Origin: a virus
Direction: 5' to 3' (one strand)
Virus record (IMG/VR): IMGVR_UViG_3300035701_000003
Length of the DNA stretch: 64,000 nt
Shown here: piece after piece, positions 1 through 9,400 of the stretch
How the letters are laid out: the number at the start of each line of letters is the position of its first letter
Position numbering within the stretch: the stretch's first letter is position 1
Position numbers and translations under genes: made by a program
The notes under the pieces: model-generated
Database searches by the model: none
Seen by the model: the letters and a program-made list of their open reading frames with translations, nothing else
Told to the model about the DNA's origin: nothing

Positions 1-1
1 T

Positions 2-2425
2 TCATTAATATTCTCCTCTTCTGTAAAACAAGCAGCGTCCGATATTCATGATTATTTAGCAGAGAATGTAAGAGATACTGAAGATTTAGATGAAAGAGAT
101 GTACAAAGAATAACAGAAAGAATATTATCACAACCATGGTGTAACTCTTCAAAGGAAAAAGTATTAAAACAAGTAAGAGATTGGATAGGATTAGAAAAAG
201 AATCCTCAGCTGACGAAATACATACGTGGATAAGAGTTAAAAGAGTATTAGATGAAATGGGCGTAGACGAAACTACAGCAGCCAAATTCGTTGAAGATGT
301 CAAAAAGTACTGGCAGGAATATATAGAATTACCTGATGAACAGATATATGATGCTTATAAAGCTTGGAAAGATGAAGAAGGCCCCAGAAAAATGACTGAT
401 GAAGATTGGGACCAAAGATTCGAAAATGATGCTTTCAACAGAGAACAATTTGGTAGCAAAAAAGCTTCCTTAAAATTCTCACAAACAGAAGAAGATTATG
501 ATTTTTATAATGATAATTATAGATTCAATTCTGGAGAAGAGCACGAGTGTGAAGACTGTGGAGCACCAGGAGCTAAATTATATAACACCTTCGGCCAAAA
601 ACTTCAAATAGGAGGTTTTAGTAGTGATTTAGAGTTATGCGATAATTGTCATAAAGAGAGGTTTCCAGAACACTGGCGTTACAAGAAAAAAGCATCTTAC
701 ATATATAAGCCCGGTGAGCAGATAGGTTATCATGGTAGGGAAGGCCGTATAGTTCGAGAAGATAATGGTGGTTACATTGTTTACTTTACGGATACCAACG
801 AAGAACAATGGTTAGATAAAGAGGAATTACTCGAGCAGGAAGGATTAAAAGAACCAGAAAATGAATTTGATAAAGTACTCAAACTAAGAGATAGAGCAAG
901 AGAAAGGAGAGACACAGATATGTCTAAAGAAACAAATTTTACCTTATGGTTTAACAAAAATAAAAATGAAACTTCCTATTGGGAAGGTTATTCTAATTTT
1001 ATTAAAACAGCTGCTCAACATAAACAGTTCAAAGATTGGATGAAAGAGAAGTTCGCAGATGTAGTAATAGAGGACGAACCCGAAACTAAGGATGGGGCTG
1101 CCTATGAATTACCTGATGGAAGTGGTTTTATGACTGGTACCGTTGGAAGTAAACAAGCTTCAGGAGTAGCCCTTAATATATTACCAGACCTCTTTGAAGA
1201 TAAGTTCGCGATGAGTAAGATACCTCCAGAATTAAGATTACTTCGCTCCAATGCTAAGCAAGCTCTTAGTAAAGTAGTAGAGCATATGCAAGTATTAGGA
1301 CGAGAGAGTACCCCAGCCGACTTCCCAATGGAATGGTTTTATAAGGATCAAGGTTATGTAGTTCCAGATAGTATAGGAGAGGTAAGAGCCCAATTACAAG
1401 AGATTATAGATTACGCCAACCGCGCAACTGGTAATAATTTCTATGGTAATATGAAGTCTTCTTTTAAAGTAATATCAAAGAGTGGGTTGCAAGGAGTTGA
1501 AATTATAAGAGAACTAATAGATGGAAAGATAAATAAATATGGTTACATCAATGAAAAGAACCAGTTTGTGGTGCTACCTAATTATAGAGAACTCCGTATA
1601 AACAGTCAATTAAATAGGCCTGATACAGGTGAAACAGTAAAAGTGATCAAATACGTTGATGTTTCGTTAGGTAGCACTGCTAATATGGTAGAGACTCTTA
1701 TGAAGAAGAAAGCAGGCGATGAAGCAGATGATTTAGCCGAAAAAGAGTGGTCTGATAAAGGGGAAGAAGATTGGAGTAGAAAACCCTCAGAAGGATTCAT
1801 ACCTACAAATAGAGGAATGCAGACACCCGACGATATAGTAAGTGATTTAACCTTTTTGAATTATGCTTATAATAGAGATAGATCTCCAGAAATAACTCCA
1901 GAGCGTTGGGCTAAGGTATATGGTCCCAACACAGAAACTATGGAAATGCGTTATCAAAGAGAAAAAGCTTCTGGCAAAACATTTACTAAAAAGGATATAA
2001 ATAAGGCTTTTATAAAATACGCTATTGATGTTAGCGATGAAATACCTCCAATGGGATGGGATGCTAGTACTCCTGGAAAACCAGCTGGGGCAGGAGCACC
2101 CAAGGAACCTATGCAGGGATTACAGGATAAGGATAAAGAACAAGAAGAAAAGAAGAATGTAATTTATGATAGTTCTAGTGATACAGGACCTCAATTCCAA
2201 ACTACTATTAATCCAGCTACAAAAGAGGTTACAGTGAAGTTTATGGATTCCCCTCAAAAGGAAGCTCTTGATGATGCAATGAAGACTCAAATGCAAAGCC
2301 CTCAGCTTCCTACGTTAAATACTACTCCACAGAATAATCAAGGAACACCAGGTACTCCAGGTGGACCGGGAGCAAACGAGGAACCGAATCAGTTTAAGAA
2401 TCAACAAGTACCAGTAAGTTTTTAA
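2..2425 (+). CDS. 5'-truncated large modular acidic protein, putative virion/head-associated; Zn-ribbon and SH3-like segments
   Basis: The frame of ORF 257..2425 is open back to position 2 (SLIFSSSVKQAASD...), so the true start lies upstream of the window. Contains KKASLKFSQ (458..484), CEDC...CDNC, several K-x-A/S motifs and a P/Q/G-rich C-terminus. Confidence 0.75.
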   Translation, partial: SLIFSSSVKQAASDIHDYLAENVRDTEDLDERDVQRITERILSQPWCNSSKEKVLKQVRDWIGLEKESSADEIHTWIRVKRVLDEMGVDETTAAKFVEDVKKYWQEYIELPDEQIYDAYKAWKDEEGPRKMTDEDWDQRFENDAFNREQFGSKKASLKFSQTEEDYDFYNDNYRFNSGEEHECEDCGAPGAKLYNTFGQKLQIGGFSSDLELCDNCHKERFPEHWRYKKKASYIYKPGEQIGYHGREGRIVREDNGGYIVYFTDTNEEQWLDKEELLEQEGLKEPENEFDKVLKLRDRARERRDTDMSKETNFTLWFNKNKNETSYWEGYSNFIKTAAQHKQFKDWMKEKFADVVIEDEPETKDGAAYELPDGSGFMTGTVGSKQASGVALNILPDLFEDKFAMSKIPPELRLLRSNAKQALSKVVEHMQVLGRESTPADFPMEWFYKDQGYVVPDSIGEVRAQLQEIIDYANRATGNNFYGNMKSSFKVISKSGLQGVEIIRELIDGKINKYGYINEKNQFVVLPNYRELRINSQLNRPDTGETVKVIKYVDVSLGSTANMVETLMKKKAGDEADDLAEKEWSDKGEEDWSRKPSEGFIPTNRGMQTPDDIVSDLTFLNYAYNRDRSPEITPERWAKVYGPNTETMEMRYQREKASGKTFTKKDINKAFIKYAIDVSDEIPPMGWDASTPGKPAGAGAPKEPMQGLQDKDKEQEEKKNVIYDSSSDTGPQFQTTINPATKEVTVKFMDSPQKEALDDAMKTQMQSPQLPTLNTTPQNNQGTPGTPGGPGANEEPNQFKNQQVPVSF

Positions 2426-2428
2426 GTT

Positions 2429-2782
2429 ATGAGTAATTGGCGAAAAGTATTAAGTTGGCAAGTACAACCCGAAGCTCCTAAAGATACTAGAGCTTTATTT
2501 AGAGATATATCAATGAGAAAACCAAGTAGCTGGGCGGAAGTAGGGACTTATGATTTTCATCAATTCGATACTTTACATCAACAGGCTCTTTTGGGAAAGC
2601 GTGTAATAGAAGGATATGTAGCAACTCCCTATAGTACTATTACACCACTTTATGATATCTCCGGAAGAACATCTGAATTTATATTACATAATCAAGCAGA
2701 TGATTTTTATTATTATATAAATACCGAAGGTTTCTCTTATGCAAGATATACATTTAGAATATTAAATTTTCCAAACGCGTGA
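2429..2782 (+). CDS. small protein with N-terminal NWRxxLSWQVQPE tag
   Basis: 117-aa ORF starting MSNWRKVLSWQVQPE, 3 nt after the upstream stop. Confidence 0.8.
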   Translation: MSNWRKVLSWQVQPEAPKDTRALFRDISMRKPSSWAEVGTYDFHQFDTLHQQALLGKRVIEGYVATPYSTITPLYDISGRTSEFILHNQADDFYYYINTEGFSYARYTFRILNFPNA

Positions 2783-3000
2783 AAAATTGGTTTACAGAAA
2801 ATAGTAAATGGCTATATCCAACTATAACCTTTTTCGGGGGGGCGCTGATTGGATTCTATCTTTGTATTTTAAGATATGAAAGCGAAATTGATGTTATGAA
2901 AGTAGAACTTAAATTGGAGATTTATAAGGTAGCTGACGCTATTTCGGATTTGAAAAATTTAATTCAAAATAGAGTATTGACAAAAGTAAAAGAAAAATGA
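2779..3000 (+). CDS. small membrane protein
   Basis: GTG start overlapping the upstream TGA; one hydrophobic helix (WLYPTITFFGGALIGFYLCIL) followed by a helical tail. Confidence 0.7.
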   Translation: MKNWFTENSKWLYPTITFFGGALIGFYLCILRYESEIDVMKVELKLEIYKVADAISDLKNLIQNRVLTKVKEK

Positions 3001-3128
3001 TAATTTATTATTGTACTGTTACAACTACTGATGGCCATACTTATATGTATGGTTATTATCCATATTCTTACTGGTTAAATACAACTGGTAATGTTATTGT
3101 AACTGAAATAAACAAGTTTGAAAGTTAA
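2997..3128 (+). CDS. hypothetical 43-aa protein
   Basis: ATGA overlap with the upstream stop; hand translation MIIYYCTVTTTDGHTYMYGYYPYSYWLNTTGNVIVTEINKFES fills the gap. Confidence 0.45.
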   Translation: MIIYYCTVTTTDGHTYMYGYYPYSYWLNTTGNVIVTEINKFES

Positions 3129-3149
3129 TTAAACACAGGAGATAAAACA

Positions 3150-5642
3150 ATGGGAAGGATCATAATACCCGAATTCAATAAACCAAAGAGTACAGCTCCC
3201 GCTTGGATTGATGCTGAAGCTCTTAAGGAAGCCAGTTCACAAGAAGCTGCGGAAAGAGAAGAGGTACTTTCCAAGATCTCTTCCCAAAGCGAAGACCTTG
3301 TAATTTCCTATATTGCCCCATCTACGGGGAAGATATATTTTGCTGGCGAACCTAGATTAGTTGTTCAAGCAAGAATGGCTAAGGCTAGTAATCAACCCGT
3401 AGAATTCACAGACCCTGAAACAGGGGAGAAATTACATTCCTATAGAGTATCTAAAAAGATTAGCCATATTGATAGTCTTAAATATTCTAATGAAACGGAG
3501 GTAATGCCTCGAGTCGAAAAAACATCAGGGGTATATACTAATACCTTTGTGGATAGGCATGTAGTCTATAAAACATTGGATGCGTTACAGAGATATGCTT
3601 CACAGAATGGGTTATCTTTAGCAAGAGCCCGTTACCTGAAGGGGGAATACGGCCAGAAGAAACTAGGGTCTGAATTAATAACTATAGCTAAGATACAAGC
3701 GGAACTAGAGTGGAGCTACGGTAGAAACCAAAAAGGTAGAATATTCGCTAATGCTGAAATAGATACTGCTGGTAAGATACAAATGCCTAAAACTTTTAAG
3801 ATAGCATCCGGCGAGGAATTTGAATTTAATAAGGATAATATTAGATTAATGGAGAAGGATTCAACATTTAGAGAGTTAATTGCTATTAAACCGAAAAAGA
3901 GTGACGTGCCTCAAATAAGGAGACCCGATATATCTAACTTTATGGCAACGTCTTCTATGAAGACTGGAGGTCCTGTTCCTACTAATGTACCTCCTCAGAA
4001 TACTAATACTACTAATCCTCAGGAACAGTTCCAGCCTGGTAGCCAATATATTAACCCTGCTGATAATAAAACTTATACTGTTAAGAATTATGATCCTCAG
4101 AAGGGAGCAACTGTTACATCACCAGAAGGCCAGGATATGTTAGTACCACAGGATCAAGTTCAGAATCTTAAACCAGTTATGAAAACATCCGCTTATGAAT
4201 TTTCTGTAGAGACTATGGCGGACGACCTTTTACGAAAACTTTCTAAGAAGGATAAAAAAGAAGAAGATAAAGGTGAGAAGAAGGATAAAAAAGAAGATAA
4301 AGATGATGAAGATGATATGGTTGATAAACTGACGAAAAAGGATAAGAAAGAAGATAAGAAAGAAAAGGAAAAGGATAAAAAAGAAGAGAAGGGCGAAAAG
4401 GACGAAAAGGAAGATTGTTCAGACCATATGTCTTCTCTTAAAAAAAAAGATAACGCCGTCCTCGAAACAAAGTCTTCGAGAGTAGCCAATATGGGAAGAA
4501 GATGGTTAGAGATAAGAGATGAAATACGTAGTAAACAAGCTTCTCAACGAACCGCCACATCAAAACATACTTTTCAGGATGAAGTAGTTGAAGAACTAAC
4601 TAAAAGAGGTTATAAAGCCTTAAAATCACTTGAGGTTAAACCCAACGAAGCCGGAAGAGACCCAAAGACCAATATACCTACCAAGAGTTCCGGAGACGTG
4701 GAAATAGGAATGACTGACTTCCCTGACTTTACTAAACCTATACAAGAAGCACAAGCGGAAATAATTAAAGATAGAGAACACTTCACTAATGAAGATAAAC
4801 TGCCAGTATACAATATGAGAAGAAACGAATTGAAGAAGTATATGGATGATGAAAAAGGTGGAGAGAAGAATTACGGTTTAAGCGAAGAAGCAAGAGGTGA
4901 TAAAGACTTTAAGAACCCAGATCCTTTTAGAAAGAAATCATCAACGGATGAGGATATAGCAAATGCACTTATCAATAAGACCGCAGCTGATGAAGAAGAA
5001 AAGGTAGATGTAAGACCTATTCAATATAAACCTCAAAAGAGAGCACCTGGGTTGGAGGAATTCAAAGAGCCTGAAGTTATACCAGAAGCTGAAGGTAAAG
5101 CAAAGGAAGCCATTACAAAGTTCCGGAAGGTACAAGCTGACATTGAACAAACTAGGAAGCAACTGCAGGAAGCTATAGCTCCAATTCAAAAACAACTAAT
5201 GGATACTCAAAAACCTTTTCAGGAAGATTTAGTAAAGAAACAAGAATCCTTTTCTAGTTACTTGGAGATGATTTATACCCAGTTAGGAGAAACCAAAGAT
5301 AAGATCGCAGCCTATGGCGATAAGATACTAGCTATAGTGGAGAGAGGCAAACGAGAAACTAAATCTCCCACGATAGCCCAGTTGTTAAAGAGATTAGAAG
5401 AAGTAGAACCCGAAGTGTTTACAGCTGTTCAGAATGTAAAGGAAGCTATGGAAAATGAACATGTGAGTAATGTATTAGAAAGATACTTATATGATTATGA
5501 TATAAGTAAAGAACATGAGAAGAAGAAAGTTATAAGAACAAGTGACGACGAAGGTTCCTTTAATGAAGCATTGAAAGTATTGAAAGTAGCTTTAATGGGA
5601 TTACTTAACCTCAACGATAAATTGCGATTCGAGGAGGTATAA
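3150..5642 (+). CDS. large charged protein, candidate head core/scaffold-like protein
   Basis: 830 aa, AGGAG upstream; K/D/E low-complexity tract at about 4240-4420, C-terminal coiled coil, many K/R-x-A/S motifs. The function is inferred from composition and context only. Confidence 0.55.
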   Translation: MGRIIIPEFNKPKSTAPAWIDAEALKEASSQEAAEREEVLSKISSQSEDLVISYIAPSTGKIYFAGEPRLVVQARMAKASNQPVEFTDPETGEKLHSYRVSKKISHIDSLKYSNETEVMPRVEKTSGVYTNTFVDRHVVYKTLDALQRYASQNGLSLARARYLKGEYGQKKLGSELITIAKIQAELEWSYGRNQKGRIFANAEIDTAGKIQMPKTFKIASGEEFEFNKDNIRLMEKDSTFRELIAIKPKKSDVPQIRRPDISNFMATSSMKTGGPVPTNVPPQNTNTTNPQEQFQPGSQYINPADNKTYTVKNYDPQKGATVTSPEGQDMLVPQDQVQNLKPVMKTSAYEFSVETMADDLLRKLSKKDKKEEDKGEKKDKKEDKDDEDDMVDKLTKKDKKEDKKEKEKDKKEEKGEKDEKEDCSDHMSSLKKKDNAVLETKSSRVANMGRRWLEIRDEIRSKQASQRTATSKHTFQDEVVEELTKRGYKALKSLEVKPNEAGRDPKTNIPTKSSGDVEIGMTDFPDFTKPIQEAQAEIIKDREHFTNEDKLPVYNMRRNELKKYMDDEKGGEKNYGLSEEARGDKDFKNPDPFRKKSSTDEDIANALINKTAADEEEKVDVRPIQYKPQKRAPGLEEFKEPEVIPEAEGKAKEAITKFRKVQADIEQTRKQLQEAIAPIQKQLMDTQKPFQEDLVKKQESFSSYLEMIYTQLGETKDKIAAYGDKILAIVERGKRETKSPTIAQLLKRLEEVEPEVFTAVQNVKEAMENEHVSNVLERYLYDYDISKEHEKKKVIRTSDDEGSFNEALKVLKVALMGLLNLNDKLRFEEV

Positions 5643-5647
5643 ATTGA

Positions 5648-5818
5648 ATGAAACTAGTAAATTTTTATTTCCGCTGTAAGTGCGGGAAATATTTAGCTTT
5701 TCATACTACTGAGGAGATTCAGGGATGCCCAAAATGTATGAGCATCCTTCGCTTACCTAAGGTGTTTATTAACTATCTATTGACACGTGAGAGAGATGGA
5801 AAAGAAGAACTGGCGTGA
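5648..5818 (+). CDS. small zinc-ribbon protein
   Basis: Hand translation of 56 aa: MKLVNFYFRCKCGKYLAFHTTEEIQGCPKCMSIL... (CxC and CxxC). Confidence 0.65.
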   Translation: MKLVNFYFRCKCGKYLAFHTTEEIQGCPKCMSILRLPKVFINYLLTRERDGKEELA

Positions 5819-6068
5819 AATACTGAGTTGGCAGATACAACCCGAAGAATCCTCTCGGAATATTAATAAGATGATAGCTATGAAGGCTTCTCAAGAAATT
5901 ATTGATGATTTGGCTATTATTATTCCCGATAAAGTTCAAAATCAAATAGATCCTTCTCTCGGAGACCAAATTGATAATATAGATGAAAATGTTGTTACTA
6001 AATACATTAAATTATATTTAGGAGCCTACATAAGACATTTAACGCGCGAGGATATTTTTGCCGACTAA
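5796..6068 (+). CDS. small protein with N-terminal NWREILSWQIQPE tag
   Basis: ORF 5787..6068; ATG at 5796 is the likelier start (MEKKNWREILSWQIQPEE). Confidence 0.75.
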   Translation: MEKKNWREILSWQIQPEESSRNINKMIAMKASQEIIDDLAIIIPDKVQNQIDPSLGDQIDNIDENVVTKYIKLYLGAYIRHLTREDIFAD

Positions 6069-6405
6069 CTGGAGACAAATATTAAAATTCGGTTGGTTGA
6101 ACGAAGAAGAGATTCGTAAAAACCAAAAAGAAGAGTATGAGACTAAGACTTGGGAAGAACATGAGATTCCTTTCAGTAGAGAAAAAGGTGAAGAATTGCA
6201 ACGGGCTTTGGCATATGCTACAGAAGGAGCTATTAATTACCTTTTTGAACCTAACGTATTTCACGATAGAGTGCGCATTCTCGGGACATTACAGAATTAT
6301 AAGGAATCTTATATAACAGCATATCAGCATAAAATGAAGCTATATGGTGAATTAGTCGAATTCTATACTAAACTAGTACAAGATTACCCTGTAGAGGAAT
6401 ATTAA
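6058..6405 (+). CDS. small protein with N-terminal NWRQILKFGW tag
   Basis: TTG start, 115 aa, MPTNWRQILKFGW. Confidence 0.75.
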   Translation: MPTNWRQILKFGWLNEEEIRKNQKEEYETKTWEEHEIPFSREKGEELQRALAYATEGAINYLFEPNVFHDRVRILGTLQNYKESYITAYQHKMKLYGELVEFYTKLVQDYPVEEY

Positions 6406-6420
6406 ATAGACGAGAAAACT

Positions 6421-9400
6421 ATGAAAAAGTTTTTATATCCTTTATTACTTTGCATATTGTTTACGGTATCGCTCTTTGGGCAATACACTGATGAGAAATA
6501 CGAAAAGTATGTAGGTTACGCCAGAGGTAAATATCCTTTAACGCTGAGCGGTTTACAGAGGGCGATAGCTGCAGTAGTAGCTGTAGATAGTGGAGTAGTA
6601 AATATTGCATATCCTGGAGTTGATACTACAGGTTTAGGAGTGCTTCCCCCAAGAATATACTTACGCGGTTGGATTAGTGGAGAGGAAATAGTAAGCGGGG
6701 TAGTAGCTGGAACTGGTACTTGGGGTTATATTACAGGTGATATAACTGAACAAACTGACCTCCAAGAGGCTTTATCTAATAAATTAGACCTATCCGATAC
6801 CTCTCACAAAGTATTAACTTCTAATTTAATTTATAACAATAAATCTGGTATGAGGGATACCTTATTATACAGCGACTTATACGAGAAGTTCTTAGGTATT
6901 GAAGATGGTAAATACGATTTGAGCGTAGCTGGAGTACAATCTGCCATAGCTGATTTACCTAATGATAGTGGAACTGTATATATTTCTTACCCCGGTATAG
7001 ATACTACAGGTTTAGGAACGCTACCAAACGACATAATATTATGGGGGTGGATTCTTACTTATGTTAGTGGTAACAATACCGCGGAGGTACTTACTTTCCA
7101 AATAGAAACCTCGGCTTCCTCTACTGGAAACTTCTATACTACTATTGATGATAGTACCTATACTACTGTTATAGATAATGGGGACGTTAATACTATAGTA
7201 GCTACTAAAATTTATAATACTTTATACGGAAATGTAACAGGATGGACAATTACTAAGAATTCTTTTAGAATAACTCTAACACATAATACTTATGGTGATA
7301 TTACTGATCCTACTTATAATGCTTCTGCTATTGGGGCTACCGTTACTACTTATTCGCGCGCAAACGGTACTTTAAAACTTTATAGTAGTTCTTATACTCA
7401 AGGGGCTGGTTATATAGTCGTCACCCCCGCGCAAAGTAAAGTAGTAGTAGCTAGTGATTCTATGAGAGTGCAAGGCAAATCAAAATTTGTAGGTAATGTA
7501 ACATTACCTAATACGAGTATCTGGAATACCACTGGTGTTGGTATAGGAACAATCACTCCAAGAACAACACTTGAAGGAGTTGGTGCTTTATTATTTACGG
7601 GGACGGCAGGAGCTGGATGGACTGAACCGAATTTAGGTGCTGGTACAAGATTACTTTGGTATCCGAGAAAAGCAGCTTTTAGGGTCGGAACGGTTACGGG
7701 GACTCAGTGGAACGATGCTAATATTGGAGAAAATTCAGTGGCATTTAGTTATAACAATATTGCTTCTGGTAAGGGGAGTATAGCGATTGGCTCAAATAAT
7801 TCTGTATCGGGAAGTTATAGTACAGTTATTGGTGATAATAATACTGCAACTTATCCTCAAGGTGTTGCACTAGGCACGGGTAATACTATCGATGGTGATT
7901 ATGGGGTAGCCATAGGAGTAAATAATAGTACTTATGGATCTAGTTCAAGGGCATTCGGAACAAGTTGTATCACTTATGGAATTTATTCTACGGCATTTGG
8001 CTTTACTAACATAGCAAGAAGTTATTTGGAATTTGTTATCGGTAGAAATGCACTAGATGGTGGAAGTTCAGATACTTGGGTTGCAACAGACCCTTTATTT
8101 AGTGTTGGAATTGGTACAAGTACAAATAACAGATTAAATGGGTTCACAGTATTCAAAAATGGCAATGCAGAAGTGTATGGGACATTAAAAGTTGGTCATA
8201 TTTATACTTTCCCCGCTACTGACGGGACCAGTGGTTATGTGTTAAAAACTAATGGTGCTGGAATAGTAAGTTGGCAGGCTGACGCAAGTGGTATTGGGGG
8301 CGCCGCTTATGCTGATTCTTTATTACACGATGGAAGACATGTCCCTGGCGACAGTTTAATAACAGACGCTGAAGGCAATTCTAGATTTCAAGCTAAAGGT
8401 ACTTATCTTATTCCAAGTGATAGTACTTCAATGAGAAGTTATTCTAATGCTAAATACCAAGCCAAAGGTACTTATCTTATTCCAAGTGATAGTACTTCAA
8501 TAAGAAATTATTCTAACGCTAAATACCAAGCCAAAGGTACTTATCTTATACCAAGTGATAGTACTTCTATGAGAAATTATTCTAATGCTAAATACCAAGC
8601 TAAAGGTACTTATCTTATTCCAAGTGATAGTACTTCTATGAGAAGTTATTCTAATGCTAAGTATCAATATAAGTTTAGTAATATAGCGGAAACTTCCGCC
8701 GGGGATAGTATTAAGTTTTATAATAAATATACCTTTCCAAGAACAGATGGAAACTCTGGCCAGATACTTAAAACTAATGGTAACGGGGAAGTAACCTGGC
8801 AAATAGACGCTAGTGGTTTAGGAGGCGCTTCCTTCGCGGATTCCGTCTCTCATGATGGAAGACATGTTGTAGGAGATAGTTTAATAACTGATGCCGAAGG
8901 CACCGCAAGATTCGAACCTAAAGGAGTAACTATTAGTGATGTATCTCTCTTACAAGATTCTCTGACTGTAAAATTAAATCGTAATGAACTTGATATAGCT
9001 CCTAGTAAAATACAAGATTCTCTGACTGTAAAATTAAATCGTAATGAACTTGATATAGCTCCTAGTAAAATACAAGATTCTCTGACTGTAAAATTAAATC
9101 GTAATGAAAGTATAAGATATACTAAAGTATTAGGTTTACCTGATACGACTGGAGTTACTACTGGTTATGTTATGAAGAAGCAAGCCGATGGTACTATTCA
9201 ATGGAATAACGACGCTACTGGAGGAGCTCCCGTTTGGGGTAATATATCTGGAACTTTAGCTAATCAAACGGATTTACAAGGGGCTCTTAATAGTAAATCA
9301 GCTACTGGTCACTTACACGCCGCCAGCGATATTACTTCTGGTATTATAGATACAGCTCGATTCCATGCTTACGCTGATTTAGTGGTAGAGAATAAAGTAG

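Noticed and set aside
3150-5642. Calling this protein the major capsid protein
   Set aside because: No HK97-fold signature is recognisable, and the low-complexity charged composition fits a core or scaffold protein better; left unassigned.
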